A DNA stretch of 64,000 nucleotides from Convolutriloba macropyga. Its lineage: Eukaryota. Of the stretch, positions 49,846 through 63,640 are shown in pieces. How positions within the stretch are numbered: the stretch's first letter is position 1; each line of letters opens with the position of its first letter. The stretch is from positions 51,336,001 to 51,400,000 of the forward strand of contig NC_134472.1 of the NCBI RefSeq assembly GCF_964194025.1. Reading direction: 5' to 3'. The notes beneath the pieces were generated by a model, which was not told the origin of the DNA, ran no database searches, and worked only from the letters and a program-made list of their open reading frames with translations. A program made the position numbers and the translations under genes.

Positions 49846-52800
49846 GAAAGAAAGAAAGAAAGAATAAATTTCTCCAAATAGTAGACAGCAAATTAAATCA
49901 ATTTAATTAAAACATTTACTTAATCATATAACATAACAACAAAACGTATCTCGGAGAGGACAGATAGACGGGGTTATTAAACCCACCTAGTATCTGCCCT
50001 GGCTAAAGTTAAATAGTTACAGTTAAATATTTAACATTCCATGACCAGGTCACCGGTGCCAACGCCTAGGCAAACAAACCTCAGAACGCTGTCATAGAGA
50101 CATGAACAAAGAACAATGCTTAATCGGAAGAACGACTAACGCTGTGTCTTTGCTAACGAGAGAGACGTTGATTCCTAGCTACTATGTATTAAATAAAAAA
50201 AAATTTTCTGCAGTTCGGTTTTCTTCGTCGATTTTCTATGTGTAGACTTCGTTATTTTGCAAAAATAATACCATTTTTGAAACCTCGGCACTTACGAAGT
50301 AAGTGCCGGAACAATTTTTGACAGGAGTTCATGGAAAAGAAAAGAGAAAAAAAATTATTTAAAAATATAGGATACTAGCTCCTCATTATTCAGCAAGTAA
50401 CTTTCTTTGAATTTATGATAAAATTGCGATATTTTTTTTGCCAATTTTTGTCTTCAATATTTTGTGCTAGAACTTTCTCAGTATGTTAAATAACCTTGCA
50501 CAACGATATGAAATAGAGGATCGCTCAAACTGCTTTTTAAAGGAGGGAATTTTTAGGTAATTTTTGTTAGACCTAGTGTTTCTGGTACTGTGCTCATATT
50601 CAGAGTTCATTTGGACAAGTTTCGCTATGCATCTTTTTCAATGATTTCAGGACAAATTTCAGCAGCTCATATAAATGAAACTCGAATACTGTTAGCAATT
50701 TATTAGAGATTAAAATGTCCCTGGAACTACCTGACAATTTCCTAAAGTAAATGAATTTTAAATTTTTTTCTGCAGATTGTAGATAGGTAAAAGCGACGAA
50801 TAACTGCAACAGCCATATACCAAAATACCGTATTGAATTATTGGGTTAACATTGCTTCGGTAGTAATCAATTAACTGTTTTCGGGCTACATAGTGACGCA
50901 GCTTACATATAATACCACACTGTTTTGAGAGTCTTTTCTTAATATATTCGATATGTGATTGAAAACTTAACTTACTATCTACCAAGATTCCGAGATACTT
51001 ACAAAGATTTCCAACTTCAATGAAAACATCATCAAACTTAAGCACTGATTTGGAAGCACTATGTTTGTTCCCTATATTCATTTGTACGGTTTTTCCATAT
51101 TTAGTATTAACTTATTAGCAATCAACCAATTATTGATGTTCTGCAGATCTTCTTGCACTGAATTATTGTCTTTATTGATTGCGGTGAGGTTTGTATCTTC
51201 CGCAAATAAAATAACATCAAGAGATTTGCAAACTGTTGGCAGATCATTGATATAAATTAGGAACAATAACGGACCCAAAATTGAGCCTTGTGGAACCCCA
51301 CAAACTATGGAATTCCACGATGAACAGGCCCCATTAACAATAACCCGCTGCTGTCTCCCATTTAAGTATGATGTTATCCAAGTTAAAGCTGGGCCCCTTA
51401 TACCAGTGTTTTCGATCTTTTTTAATAAGATATCGTGCTCAATGGTATCAAAAGCTTTTTTTCAGATCAAGAAAGAAACTGATAGCTTTTGCATTTTGGC
51501 AATTCAATCTTTTTTTTCCGACTAATTCAACAAGAGCGTCAATTGTACTGTGTTTGGCACGAAACCCAAATTGCTTATTGAAAAGCAAATTATGATATTC
51601 CATGTAGGCATATATGCGAATGAACAAAGCACGTTCTATATTTTTACTCCAAACAATTAGAAGAGAAATTGGTCTGTAGTTATTTTCATCTAGTTTTGAT
51701 CCATCCTTGTGAAGGGGAATTACTTTAGCCTTTTTCAGATCATCGGGAAACATTCCTTCTTCAAATGATTTATTGATTACCTGAGTTAGGTATGGAATCG
51801 TGATGTTTGATGATAACTTTACTATGACATTAGAGATATCATCATCACCGGATGAAAATTTATTGTCTAGATTTTCAATGATTTCTCTTACCTCGTCAAT
51901 GGTTATTGGTTTTAGATACATGGAGTGGTTATCTTCGTTCATCTCAGGTAAAGGAACGTGTTTGAGTTTGTCAACTTCGGACCAACATTGGTGAAGAATG
52001 TGTCAAACTGCTCAGCAATGTCAGCGCTGCTGGAATCAGTGCAACGTTCACTACATGAGTTTAGCGCCGGTACTTGCGAACTTTTGCGATTAGTTCCCTT
52101 TATTTCATTGATTAACTTATATGTTTGCCTTGAGTCTCCCATACATGATTCAAATATTTGTCTAAAAAAATCTTTTTTAGCTTTTTTGACACATGTTTCA
52201 AACTTTTTGCGTAATACTTTGAATTTTGTCTCTGCCTCATTATTTTGCGGATTTTGTTTCATGTTTCGATGTGCTTTATTTTTTTTTGAAGCGCAAGTTT
52301 TTAAGTGAGTTGGTAAACCACTTCGGTACCTTAGACTTTTTATCGGTCAAGGATTTCAGAGGAGCATACTTGTTAGTGGTTTCCAGGAAAACTTTGTTGA
52401 ATTTAGTAAATAATTCATTGGTACTATCAGAATCTAGAAAGTGACATCGATTCCTTAGGCTCCAGTCTAAGTCAATTAAGTAGTTCGACAGTTGCTCTTG
52501 ATTTTTTTTAAAGCTTCTCTAAACGGCAGATAGTTTTGTTCAGTATCAACATTAATTAGCCACTTCATTAGGATAGGATAATGATCCGAGAAGTTTTCAT
52601 GAGTTAGTACACTAAAATCAGGGCTGGCCAAATTTTGATATATAAAGTGGTCTAGACAAGTTGCGGAGTTAGAAGTTTCCCTGGTAGTTTCCAGATTGGC
52701 AAGCTCAAAATCATTAGAAGATATCGTACATAAATAATTAGATTGTAATTGGTTCTTTACATTAATGTCAATATTAAAATCACCAGTTATAACGGTAGGG

Positions 52801-54060
52801 CAATTTAAGGACGTTAACTCATTCAAAAAATTATCCAATTTTTCGACGAATTTTAGTTTATTTGTTCTTGGTGGATTGTAGACAGTAGCCAATTTAAAGC
52901 TGTACTTTTTATACTCTAATGAGACAAGAAGGGTCTCTTCCATATCTGTTGAGTGTGTTTCTAACAAGGACATGGAATCCTGAATTTGTATCATCACACC
53001 TCCGCCATGTGTGTTTCTATTCTTAATTGCATTATTCTTATAGCCAGGAACCAATAAGGAATCGATGTCATCGTTATCAGTTAACCAAGTTTCGGTGAGA
53101 CATATTACATTTGGTGGAGACTCAAGACTATGAACAAGTGCTTCCAAATCATTAAGATTGACCAACGCTTGACCACCATAATATAGAGAATTGATTTTTT
53201 AAACTCTATTGTCACCTCCAGCTTTGACGTATTGTAATGTTCCTTCTCTTGACCAAACTTTCTGGCTTCTTGGACGTGGAGCTGGCTTCTTAGTCGGCAC
53301 TGGATGAGCAATAGAGATATCGTTTGCACTAACCTCAGCATCAAGTAAACTAGTAAGATCAACAACTCTGTCCATAACATCTGCAGAACTTTCAGGCATA
53401 CCAATTATTTGCACATTCTCTCGTCTGTTGTACGATTCCAGCATTTCACTTTCACATTTAGCTTTCAGGTCACTTCTTTCTTCGGCGTAAAAAACTGTTT
53501 CTTTAAATTCCCTCGTGATGTCTTCTCTCAAACTTTTAAGGCTCTCGTCAACGGCGGCTTTGATTTTCGTAGTCAGTTGATCTTGAATCGTTTTCATAAT
53601 ATCGGGCATTGACGAAGCTACTGTTGCTTGAATTGCTTCTTGAACCGTTTTAGTAAGGTCACTTTCATTGTCTTCCGGGCTCAATGCACTACATAGACGC
53701 TTGTTGTCTGCTTTTGCGAGAGGTGTTTGATCGTGGTATCTTAGATCTGGCATCTTTTGTGCGTCTTTACTCGGTGAAATAGTTATGTGTTGTGCGTCTT
53801 CACTCTGAGAAGTAGTCATGTTCGTTCTCTGAAACTATTTAATAAGTTTATCACAACAATTAGGCTAATGAAATGAAATGAAACGATAAATTTATCAATA
53901 GATGTAATTTTTCGTCCTAGAGACAACCTGCGGTTAAAATTAAGTCCCATTCTTCCAGCGGCTGATTTTGTTGTTTTGCTTCTACGATGTTTAAACATAA
54001 TCTCATTGTTATTGGTCAATAATTTTTGAACAAGCTCAAAACTCGGAGGGAGAGATCTGA
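49846..54060 (-). mobile_element. Near full-length CR1/L2-group LINE (ORF1 + EN-RT ORF2), frameshifted
   Basis: ORF1 53819-53199 (coiled coil, LESYNRRENVQIIGMPE, DISIAH, KVWSREG); EN ICLTETWL, GGGVMI, VYNPP, GDFNID, CLDHF, SDHYPI; RT NYRPISLL, QFGFR, FLDLKK, GVPQGSILGPLLFLIYINDLP, LFAEDT, KYLGILVDSKLSF; 3' (TTTC)n tail at ~49846-49863. Confidence 0.93.
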
Positions 54061-54284
54061 AAAAGAGTTTTTGCTATTTTTCAATATCTCTTTGTGATAA
54101 TACGAACGATGGTTACAAACAAAACAGATTTTGGTTAATTGATAAAAAAAATAAGGGTACGCATAGAAACGGTTGGTACAAAGGATCGTAAAATTATTAG
54201 AATTTTATTAATTTTATGAATGCGCTTTGGTAACAGTTGGTACAATTGAGCTAAAATATAAGACTAGTTTGCTGAATACAAATA

Positions 54285-57200
54285 TTTATTCACTATTATT
54301 GAGTGAATTTTAAAGAATTGAGGATAAAAGCCTGCGACAATTCATTCACAGCCAAATCATTTCAATCAGAAGATCTAATACTTCTGTTGGTCCAATAAAA
54401 TCGTCGAGGTAGTTTTTAAAGTTAAATCTGGGTACACATTGGCTTCTCATTTTGTTAAATTTTTAAAATTAGCCCTCAGTTGTAAGAACTGGTTCGTCTG
54501 AAGAAATTGTTGAAGTCTGTTAAAATAGTTATGGAAAATTTTTTAATAAAATTGCCGAAATGGGAGATTCCCCGAATTCAAAATTAAACTCGTTGTGCCC
54601 TGATACTGTAGGCGCACCTTTTGTTTATCTTGTCGGTATTAAAAGCCGTTTTTCAAATTTTATACTCAGATGTGTTTTTTAATGAAACACTGTTGGATTC
54701 TGTTAGCTTGTGTTAAACAATCTTCCAGTCCTTTTTATTCCGACCCCCTCTTTAGTGGGGAGGGAGGAACTATATACTCAAATGGTTCTTTTTTGTTCAG
54801 ACAATTTTGGCCGATCGATATATTCATCTTAGAGAGTTGTGAGTGGTATCACTAAAAAGCACGTACATCTTGGAATTTGGAATTGAAAAGATTTTTTCGA
54901 ATTTCGTTTTTTACAGGAAGTTATCGAGGTTTTGTGAATATTCGACAGTTTTTATTCACATTTTCAGTAATTTTTGCTCAAAATTTTGCACAATTTTGCT
55001 AATATAATTTAAAGTGAGTTACAAGATTTTTAACGGCAATGGATAAATTTATCATTCTTGATAAGTTTTGATAAATTTTTCAAAATTCAGATTTTTTTCA
55101 TCAAAAATTGCACGAAATATGTTTTTTTGGTCCACTTTGTTAATGTTTGCCGAAAGTGGAGAGATAGAAACCGCTAACACAATCTCTTTTAACTCCCTAA
55201 AACAACTAGTTGAAACTCGGCGCCCTATAAAAGTCTTCTGGAATTAATTTTGTGCCGTCTTCTGGAATGAAAATTGTGCCGCAAATTCAACTCGATAATT
55301 ATACAAAAAGCATCATTGCTTTTTTTAATATTTGAAGTATTTTTTAAATCAACAATTGGTCTAATTAGCAAATATTTGAAACACTTGGGCGGATTGTTGG
55401 GAGCGCGGCAAAATCAGGGATAGGTTTGGTATCATGGATTCTTACAATCAGAAATTTCTCAATTTTTGTTTTGCTAATGCCTTTTTCAAAATGTTTTTAG
55501 TGTTTTTTTAGTGTTAGTTTCTGACAAATTTTTTTTTTCACGGCTCCATTTGGGAAAGCTCCCTTTTACGTAAGAAATGAGGCCGAATGTAGATATAGTT
55601 TGTTTTCAGAGAACTTAAAGTTTTTAAGGGTTTGAAGACGTTTTTTAGGAAACTCTAACTAAATTATTGTTTTGCTTTCAGTTGTTATTCTTTTTGTAGT
55701 CTGATTACTAAGTCTACCATTCGAAGATCCAATTGGCTTCTTCAGGAGTTGTAAGTGAACCTGAGATCCTAGTCTAGATTTTAGAAAATTTACATTAATC
55801 TCTTGTTCATGTTAAAAGCTTTTGAAAGGTTATTTTAACCACTAAAGAAAGTTCTGAACGAGTTATGTATAATAAGATTATCTTGTCGTAGCGCAGCGGA
55901 CGAGAAACAAACTAACAGTTGTGCTCGCCCCCAAACGTGTCCTATTTTTCTGCTATTACACAATAATTGCAAGTCGGTCTGTTGTAAGTAGCTCAATATC
56001 ACTCAATCGGGGACTGTTTTTTACGTTAAGATATCTTGAATACACTTTCTGCAGAAAAAAATAGATAGGGGTCAACATACTGGTTTAGAAAAAGAAAAAA
56101 TCGATTTTAAAAATTTGTTAAATGTTTTGTATATTTTTCATAGAATTCAATTATTTTCAGATATTAAATAGAAATAAAAGTTATCAGGATGCGTATAAAT
56201 AAATAGAACATCAGATGTGCTCACTGTTGATTAAAATATTGATTATCACCTGTTCTGATGTAAAATTACATTATTTTTCTTTGCATAAAAAGTAAAAGTT
56301 TTTCTGGTTCTGTTGAATTTGACTCCTTTGTGGTCAACATGTTTCATGTGACATAAAACTTAAAACTGTACCGGGGAGCACGTGCACAAATTCTTAAATA
56401 TACTCAAACTCTTAAATACACTTAGTCTTAAAACTCTTAAAAACATATTTCCTGTTTTCGTATTGCTTGAATTTGCTTATCAGTTCTCAAGAAACTATTT
56501 ATTGAACCCGGGCAGTGTTAATTCACGACTATTGGGTAAATTTTAAAGAATTGAGGCTAAAAGCTTGCGACAATTCATTCTTAGCCAAATTATTTCAATC
56601 AGAAAATCTAATAATTCTGTTGGTCCAATAAAATCGTCGAGGTAGTTTTTAAAGTTGAATCTGGGTACACATTGGCTTCTCATTTTCAAATTTTCAAAAT
56701 TAGCCCTCAGTTGTCAGAATTGGTTCGTCTGAAGAAATTGTTGAAGTCTGTTAAAATAGTTATGGAAAATTTTTTATTAAAATTGCCGAAATGGGAGATT
56801 CCCCGAATTCAAATTTAAACTCCTTGTGCCTTTATACTGTAGGCGCACCTTTTGTTTATCTTGTTGGTATTAAAAACCGTTTTTCAAATTTTATACCCAG
56901 ATGTGTTTTTTAATAAAACACTGTTGGAATCTGTTAGTTTGTGTTAAACAATCTTCCAGTTCTTTTTATTCCGACCCCCGCTTTAGTGGGGAGGGTGGAA
57001 CTATATACTCAAATGGTTCTTTTTTGTTCAGACAATTTTGGCCGATCGATATATTCATCTTAGAGAGTTGTGAGTGGTATCATTGAAAAGCACGTACATC
57101 TTGGAATTTGGAGTTGAAAAGATTTTTTCGAATTTCGTTTTTTACAGGGAGTTATCGAGGTTTTGTGAATATTCGACAGTTTTTATTCACATTTTCAGTA

Positions 57201-59950
57201 ATTTTTGCTCTGCACAATTTTGCCAATATAATTTAAAGTGAGTTACAAGATTTTTAACGGCAGAATGATAAATGGATAAATTTATCATTCTTGATAAATT
57301 TTTCAAAATTCAGATTTTTTTTCATCAAAAATTGCACAAAATATGCTTTTTTGGTCCACTTTGTTAATGTTTGCCGAAAGTGGAGACATAGAAACCGCTA
57401 ACACGATCTCTTTAAACTCGCTAAAACTACTAGTTGAAACTCGGCGCCCTATAAAAGTCTTCTGGAATTAATTTTGTGCCGTCTTCTGGAATAAAAATTG
57501 TGCCGCAAATTCAACTCGATAATTATACAAAAAGCATCATTGTTTTTTTTTAATATTTGAAGTATTTTTTAAATCAACAATTGGTCTAATTAGCAAATAT
57601 TTGAAACACTTGGGCGGATTGTTGGGAGAGCGGCAAAATCAGGGATAGGTTTGGTATCATGGATTCTTACAATCAGAAATTTCTCAATTTTTGTTTTGCT
57701 AATGCCTTTTTCAAAATATTTTGCTACTGTTTTTTTAGTGTTAGTTTCTGACAAAATTTTTTATTCACGGCTCCATTTGGGAAAGCTCCCTATTACGTAG
57801 GAAATGAGGCCGAATGTAGATATAGTTTGTTTTCAGAGAACTTGAAGTTTTTAAGGGTTTGAAAACGTTTTTTAGTAAACTCTAACTAAATTATTGTTTT
57901 GCTTTCAGTTGTTATTCTTTTTGTAGTCTGATTACTAAGTCTACCATTCAAAGATCCAATTGGCTTCTTCAGGAGTTGTAAGTCACCCTGTACCATGTAT
58001 TCTGTTGTCCCTAATGTCTCGATGTCCCAATAACGGTTTTTATCTTCCTCAAATGGTCTTTTTTCTTGGTACAAACAGTTTCATAAAATATTCAAAGAGT
58101 TTCGCATTTTCGTAATTATATGTAGGTTTTTCTTTTCTTTTCAATGTATCACAATAATGTTTAATTGGCTGGGACATCGTTTTCCTGCAAATTTTCTAGT
58201 GCAATTTATGTGAAAGTTTTTTCGTGCAATTTTCTTTTTTCCTGTTTTTGTCGTTCTTTTTGTCGTATGAAATATCCTGGATTATAAAAGGTCTCAATCG
58301 CTCTCTGTGGAGGTTTAAATAAAAGAATGTCTCATTGATTTTGATTTGATGCATAATGTTCCTAATCAGTTCGACATTAATTCTTTTTAAAAAATGCAAT
58401 GTTTTATTAAACTCTCGCCTCTGGCTTATTTCTTGTCGACTTGTTACCAAGTCGCATTTAGGAAAAGTCCCATATTTTTTTTCTCATGTAGTAGATGTTA
58501 ATTTCCTTTAGCATAAGTCTTATCTGATGCCATTTTGTTTTGGTTATTAACGGTTTTCAAAAAATGGACAACGAGTTTTGGTTGTAACTAATATTTGTAA
58601 TCATTTGATTTTCATCGCCGTCTTTTCGGGTACTCATATTATGGTACTCGCAGGTCTCATGGACTCTCTAAAGTAGATTGTTTTATTCATTTAGTAGTTT
58701 GTTGAACGATATGATGGTATGGTCATTTTTTTCTCTTCAGCATTTGGTAGACAATTAAGTTAAAAATGTAGATGAGCGGTGTCGGAACTTTATGTGCACA
58801 CATTACCGAGCCTCCTTGTTGCTTTTGAATTTTTGTATAGTTTAAAATTTACTTGTTAGCGTTTTCCTTTTGCGCTTTGTTTGGTTTCGTTAACACCATT
58901 TCATTTTTTTCTGCGTGCTTAAATCTTGAAATATTTGTAGCACAAGGGTTTTCCTAATAAATCATTATATCTTTAATTTTTTAAACCCTTAAATGATATC
59001 CTTTGAGAGAAAAACAATTGAGAAGGTTAGTCTGTTGTTAATAGTTACGGGTAAGAAAGTTGGAAGGCAGCACGAAATCTTTCTGCTGGTAATCTGGATT
59101 CATGAAGTGTTTTTTTAATCTAAATTTTTGTTCAGGAATGTGTCCTAAATTTTTATTGGTTAATATTTGTCAACTCACCATTAACTGAGATCCTAGTCTC
59201 GATTTTAGAAGGTTTACATTAATCTATTTATTGTTTATGTTAAAAGCTTTTGAAAGGTTATTTTAACCACTAAAGAAAGTTCTGAAAGAGTTATGTATAA
59301 TAAGATTATTATGTCGTAGCGCAGCGGACAAGAAACAAATTAACAGTTGTGATCGCCCCCAAACGTGTCCTATTTTTCTGCTATTTCACAATAATTGCAA
59401 GTCGGTCTGTTGTAAGTAGCTCAATATCACTGAATCGGGGACTGTTTTTTACGGCAAGATATCTTGAATACACTTTTTGCAGAAAAAAATAGATAGGGGT
59501 CAACATACTGGTTTAGAAAAAGAAAAAATCGATTTTAAAAATTTGTTAAATGTTTTGTATATTTTTCATAGAATTCAATTATTTTCAGATATTAAATAGA
59601 AATAAAAGTTATCAGGATGCGTATAAATAAATAGAACATCAGATGTGCTCACTGTTGATTAAAATATTGATTATCACCGGTTCTGATGTAAAATTACATT
59701 ATTTTTCTTTGCATAAAAAGTAAGTTTTTCTAGTTCTGTTGAATTTGACTCCTTTGTGGTCAACATGTTTCATGTGACATAAAACTTAAAACTGTACCGG
59801 GGAGCACTTGCACAAATTCTTAAATATACTCAAACTCTTAAATACACTTAGTCTTAAAACTCTTAAAAACATATTTCCTGTTTTCGTATTACTCGAATGT
59901 GCTTATCAGTTCTCAAGAAACTATTTATTGAACCTAGGCAGAGTTAATTA
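54285..59950. repeat. Recent ~2.2-kb tandem duplication; second copy carries ~1.2 kb of extra sequence (57990-59183)
   Basis: 54285-55765 is near-identical to 56518-57985, and 55760-56520 to 59184-59950. Confidence 0.92.
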
Positions 59951-60132
59951 GGGCTTAGGACCTTGTTTATCGTCCTCTCTGATGATCATTTACAATTTTT
60001 TACAATTGTGTGATTTGCATAACAATTATACTTAAAGAATAATATTGTAATATAATTTGTCAGAGAAATTACTTCTTTCTTTCTTAAAGTATGCAAAACG
60101 AAATTTTTAAATTGCTTTGCTGAAAATTTTGT

Positions 60133-60395
60133 GGGTCTAGGAAATAAACCCCCACGGAAAAAAGCCTACTTAACTGCAGATAGGAAATAAACCCCCACGG
60201 AAATAAACCCCCATTTGAAAATTGATTTTCGGACATAATTTGTTCGGTTGTGATAGTTTCATATCAAGTCCCATGGGCGGCTGAGGCATGGCCATGGCCC
60301 GTGAGGCATGGCAAAACGCGCTAAATGCGCAGCTCTAATAGTAAAGTGGGGGTTTATTTCCTATCTAAAATGAAGTGGGTTTTTTTCCGCAACCG
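60133..60395. mobile_element. MITE with GGAAATAAACCCCCA subterminal repeats (MULE-like appearance)
   Basis: Three to four direct copies at 60140-60213 and inverted copies TGGGGGTTTATTTCCTATCT / GTGGGTTTTTTTCCG at 60346-60389; no clear TSD. Confidence 0.65.
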
Positions 60396-61250
60396 CCTTA
60401 TTGTTTGTACGCAACTGAAAATTGACATGTTCAGTTCAACAAAAAAATTCGTTTACGACGTATCCGAGGTAAAAAAATTTGAAATTTTAAGTTTTGCGGG
60501 ATCTTAGCATATCTTTTTAAGAATATTTTATCGTTCTCTTTAGTTGGTTGCTAGAGATGCCGATTCCTTGGCAATAAAATTTGAAATTTTTCATGCATTT
60601 TATGAAATAATTTTTTTTGGAAAATAGAAAACAGTTTACTGCAGATAAATCTTAAGTAGCCTTTTATGGAGCCGTCTAGTTGTTACTTGTTTTCTTTTAA
60701 AGACTTTCTGTTTCTCTATGTTTCAATCAATGGAAGTTTTTCCAGTTCGAAAATTGTTTTGTAAATGTATTCGCATAAAGCTTGCAGCGTGCCATAGCAG
60801 TTTTTGGAATAGCTATATCAAAAACGTCAAAGATTGTTTGATAGTATCAAAATGCCCGATACTTGAAAGCGAATAAGAACAGTTGGAAACCTAATGTTAA
60901 TTCTTCTAGTCTCAATTGGAGACATTAAATTAAATAGAACAATCCTAATTTCTAGCCTTGTAATGTGGTTGTTTTCCCTTCAGTGTGGCCATGTGTGACA
61001 GGTGATTGTTGGTAACGAAAAGGAAAAAGCGCGAGTTGGTCAAATGTTTGTTTCTCATAACTGAAAGAGTACAGCTAATGCAGGAATTCTGGAACACATG
61101 CGATGGTTTGGCCAGAGTTGTTCTGTTTCTCGTGCCACTGCTACCTTGTGCATAGTATTAACAGGAGTTGATTATTATGTGGAACACTAATGTACCGAAT
61201 GATATGCCAATTACGAGCCAAAAGTCATAACTGAAAGCGTCTGTTGGTAA

Positions 61251-61477
61251 ATGTCTGCCTCTAATGACGTTAGTGAACACTTGATCGAAACTAGCACTGC
61301 TGCTGCGGCTGTCACTGTTTCTGGTGCTACAGAAACAACTGAGGCGGTATCAGATTTCACTGCTAAAGAGTTGGCGCCCGAAAACAGCAGCACTCAACAC
61401 AACAACAACAACCAGGTGCAACCTTCCTGTTCGAAGAACTTCGCGGCGGACAATCAAAGGAATCTTATTTATGACAA
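61251..61477 (+). CDS. Probable first coding exon of an unidentified gene (Ala/Thr/Ser/Asn-rich)
   Basis: AAATG start, GC-richer coding-like composition, upstream acceptor TTTTCCCTTCAG at 60983. Donor uncertain: AA|GTTATA at 61478 fits the phase of the next exon; CAG|GTGCAA at 61416 is an alternative. Confidence 0.45.
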
Positions 61478-62315
61478 GTTATAAATTAATGAATTATACA
61501 ACTGCAATTTTTCCGTGAACTCTGAGCATTTTAACTGAGATCTGCTCATTTGCGCCTTATTTTGCTCTGACTTGGTGACGTTTTTTGGGAAATACAGCGG
61601 ATAAAATTTTAAGGTGAAAACACAGGGGATGTTGATAGAAATTTTCTCCACTTCTAACCAACCCGTATGACCTGACTGGATGAATAGCCGTCATTTGTTA
61701 TCTAAATTAGTATTGGTGTTTCTGTTTAAGTTGGGCTTTTCAATGTATGCAGACTGCTTTCATGACTAGCATTACATTGTTGCAATGAATGCAGAGGCAA
61801 TTTAGGCAATCATTGTTTAGCTACAATGAACATTATTTTGTCTAGCCTTTACGTAAAATTTTGTCTGCCGAGGTTAGGTGAAATTATGTCTAGCGGTTTT
61901 CATGTGATTCTAAATTTGTGTAGTGTCCTATTTCATTACTATTAGATTTTATATTAAGCTGTTACGTGACCTCATCATGTTTCTAAACAAAGTAGTTATA
62001 ACTAGATAACCGTTTAGATTAACATTGTTTTGTTCGGCGTGGGGGTTGTTATCGATTTTGAATTGAACTTACGTTTCAGTTTTCCCCGTACAAGCCAAGC
62101 AATTGTTTTTAAGCGGCAGTTATTCCATTTCAAGTGTACATGAATTGAGAGCTTCGAGTTTATTCAAACGGCATTTTGTTAGGAAATTAGTTCATTCTGA
62201 CGTTGCTGCTGGCAATTTAATACACGTTGCTGAAGCGTATTTTGTAAAGATAAAAGAATAGAGCTTATGTATTAATTAGAATAAGATTCCCTTCTTATGC
62301 ATCTTAATTGTGCAG

Positions 62316-62464
62316 TGAAGCAATGACAGTCCCGGTAGTGGAGGGATTTTTAGCTGTGGAGAATCAGCCCAGCCTACCAGTTGGGGTAGGAGTGGGAACA
62401 AGTGTGGGAGGTGCTACAACTAGTGGGAACAGTAGCACTGCTATGGGATCTCCCGTTACTTCAG
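62316..62464 (+). CDS. Probable internal exon of the same gene (Gly/Ser/Thr/Val-rich); gene continues beyond the window
   Basis: TTGTGCAG acceptor ending 62315, open frame EAMTVPVVEG...SPVTS, TCAG|GTGAGA donor at 62465. Confidence 0.55.
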
Positions 62465-63199
62465 GTGAGATAAATATTTTGAGGTTTCATAGAAACAATT
62501 AATGTTCTAAACTGTCGTCAACTAACAGGACGCTAAAAAGACCCAGAACTGAAATATTAGTAAAGGAAGCTGAGAAATTAGAGTTTTCAGGACAAGAATG
62601 ATAAGATTAAGTTAATAATTGCAAAACGAGACGTTGAGTAATTTCGCCCATTCAAGAGAACCGATAAGATTTAATTTTCTGTAACATTAGTTTAAGTTTT
62701 CTGGCATTTTGGCATCATTTTGACTAGTTTAATTGCTCTCGAAATTTGTTTCCATTATATTAAATCTGACCATCTTTTTGCGAAGTTTTGTACTACCGAC
62801 TTTACTTGCTGATAGTATTCTTCTAACCTTTTGATTTTTCGTCCTCAAAAATGGTTAAAACAGGCAAAGCCAGGAGGGCATTAAAGCGCTGGGCAGTTAT
62901 TTTAGAGCTTTACTAGTCTCAAATCATGGTGTAATCTGCAGTTTTTTTGGCGATTTAGACCCTCTTTCACCCCACCTCATTCCACTCCTAACATTGCAAA
63001 CTCTGCCACCCCTCAATTACAATAACTTACACCTTTCTCTTTTGCTTATTGAACCCTCTGGTTTAAGTTTGTAATAGTCTGTATTTTGTTTCGTTTTGCG
63101 AGATGAATGCTGTAAGTATAATTCGTACCCCATGAGCGTCTGATTGATTTGGCGTCAGCTTCTATAATTATAATTTATATTAGTCTTGTCGGTCTTTCC

Positions 63200-63640
63200 T
63201 TATTTAATAGCCGCACAGCGATAGCTGGGGCAATTATTGGCCTTCTCTTGGTTTTTTTCCAATTCAAAGAAATTTATTTGTATTGGGGCGCTGTCTTTTT
63301 TTAAGATCTGTTCTTACTTTTTCATGATTTTTGGAATCAAATTGGAGTAGAAAAAGCGAGTAATTATGCGGCGTGAATTTTTTGCGCTCTAATTTTGAAG
63401 TAGAGTGAGAAAACGGTGTTTGAACAAAAATTCGCTTTCTCGGTAGTGGTTTTTTGTTCACATGCGGCAAATTCGCTTTGATTTTTACTGTTTTTTCGAT
63501 TTTTTGGATTGGATTTTTTTCCACATGGTTTTCTGAATCCATTAATAGTCCCTTCTATGTATAGTTTTCTGTTTTGTCAATGAAAATTCTTTGAGTTGTA
63601 CGTCAGGACTTGTCCTGCTATGTTTTTTATTTCGTCGTCA
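63200..63640. repeat. Copy of the 40925-42200 repeat family
   Basis: Direct similarity from TTTAATAGCCGC to TACGTCAGGACTTGTCCTGC. Confidence 0.85.
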
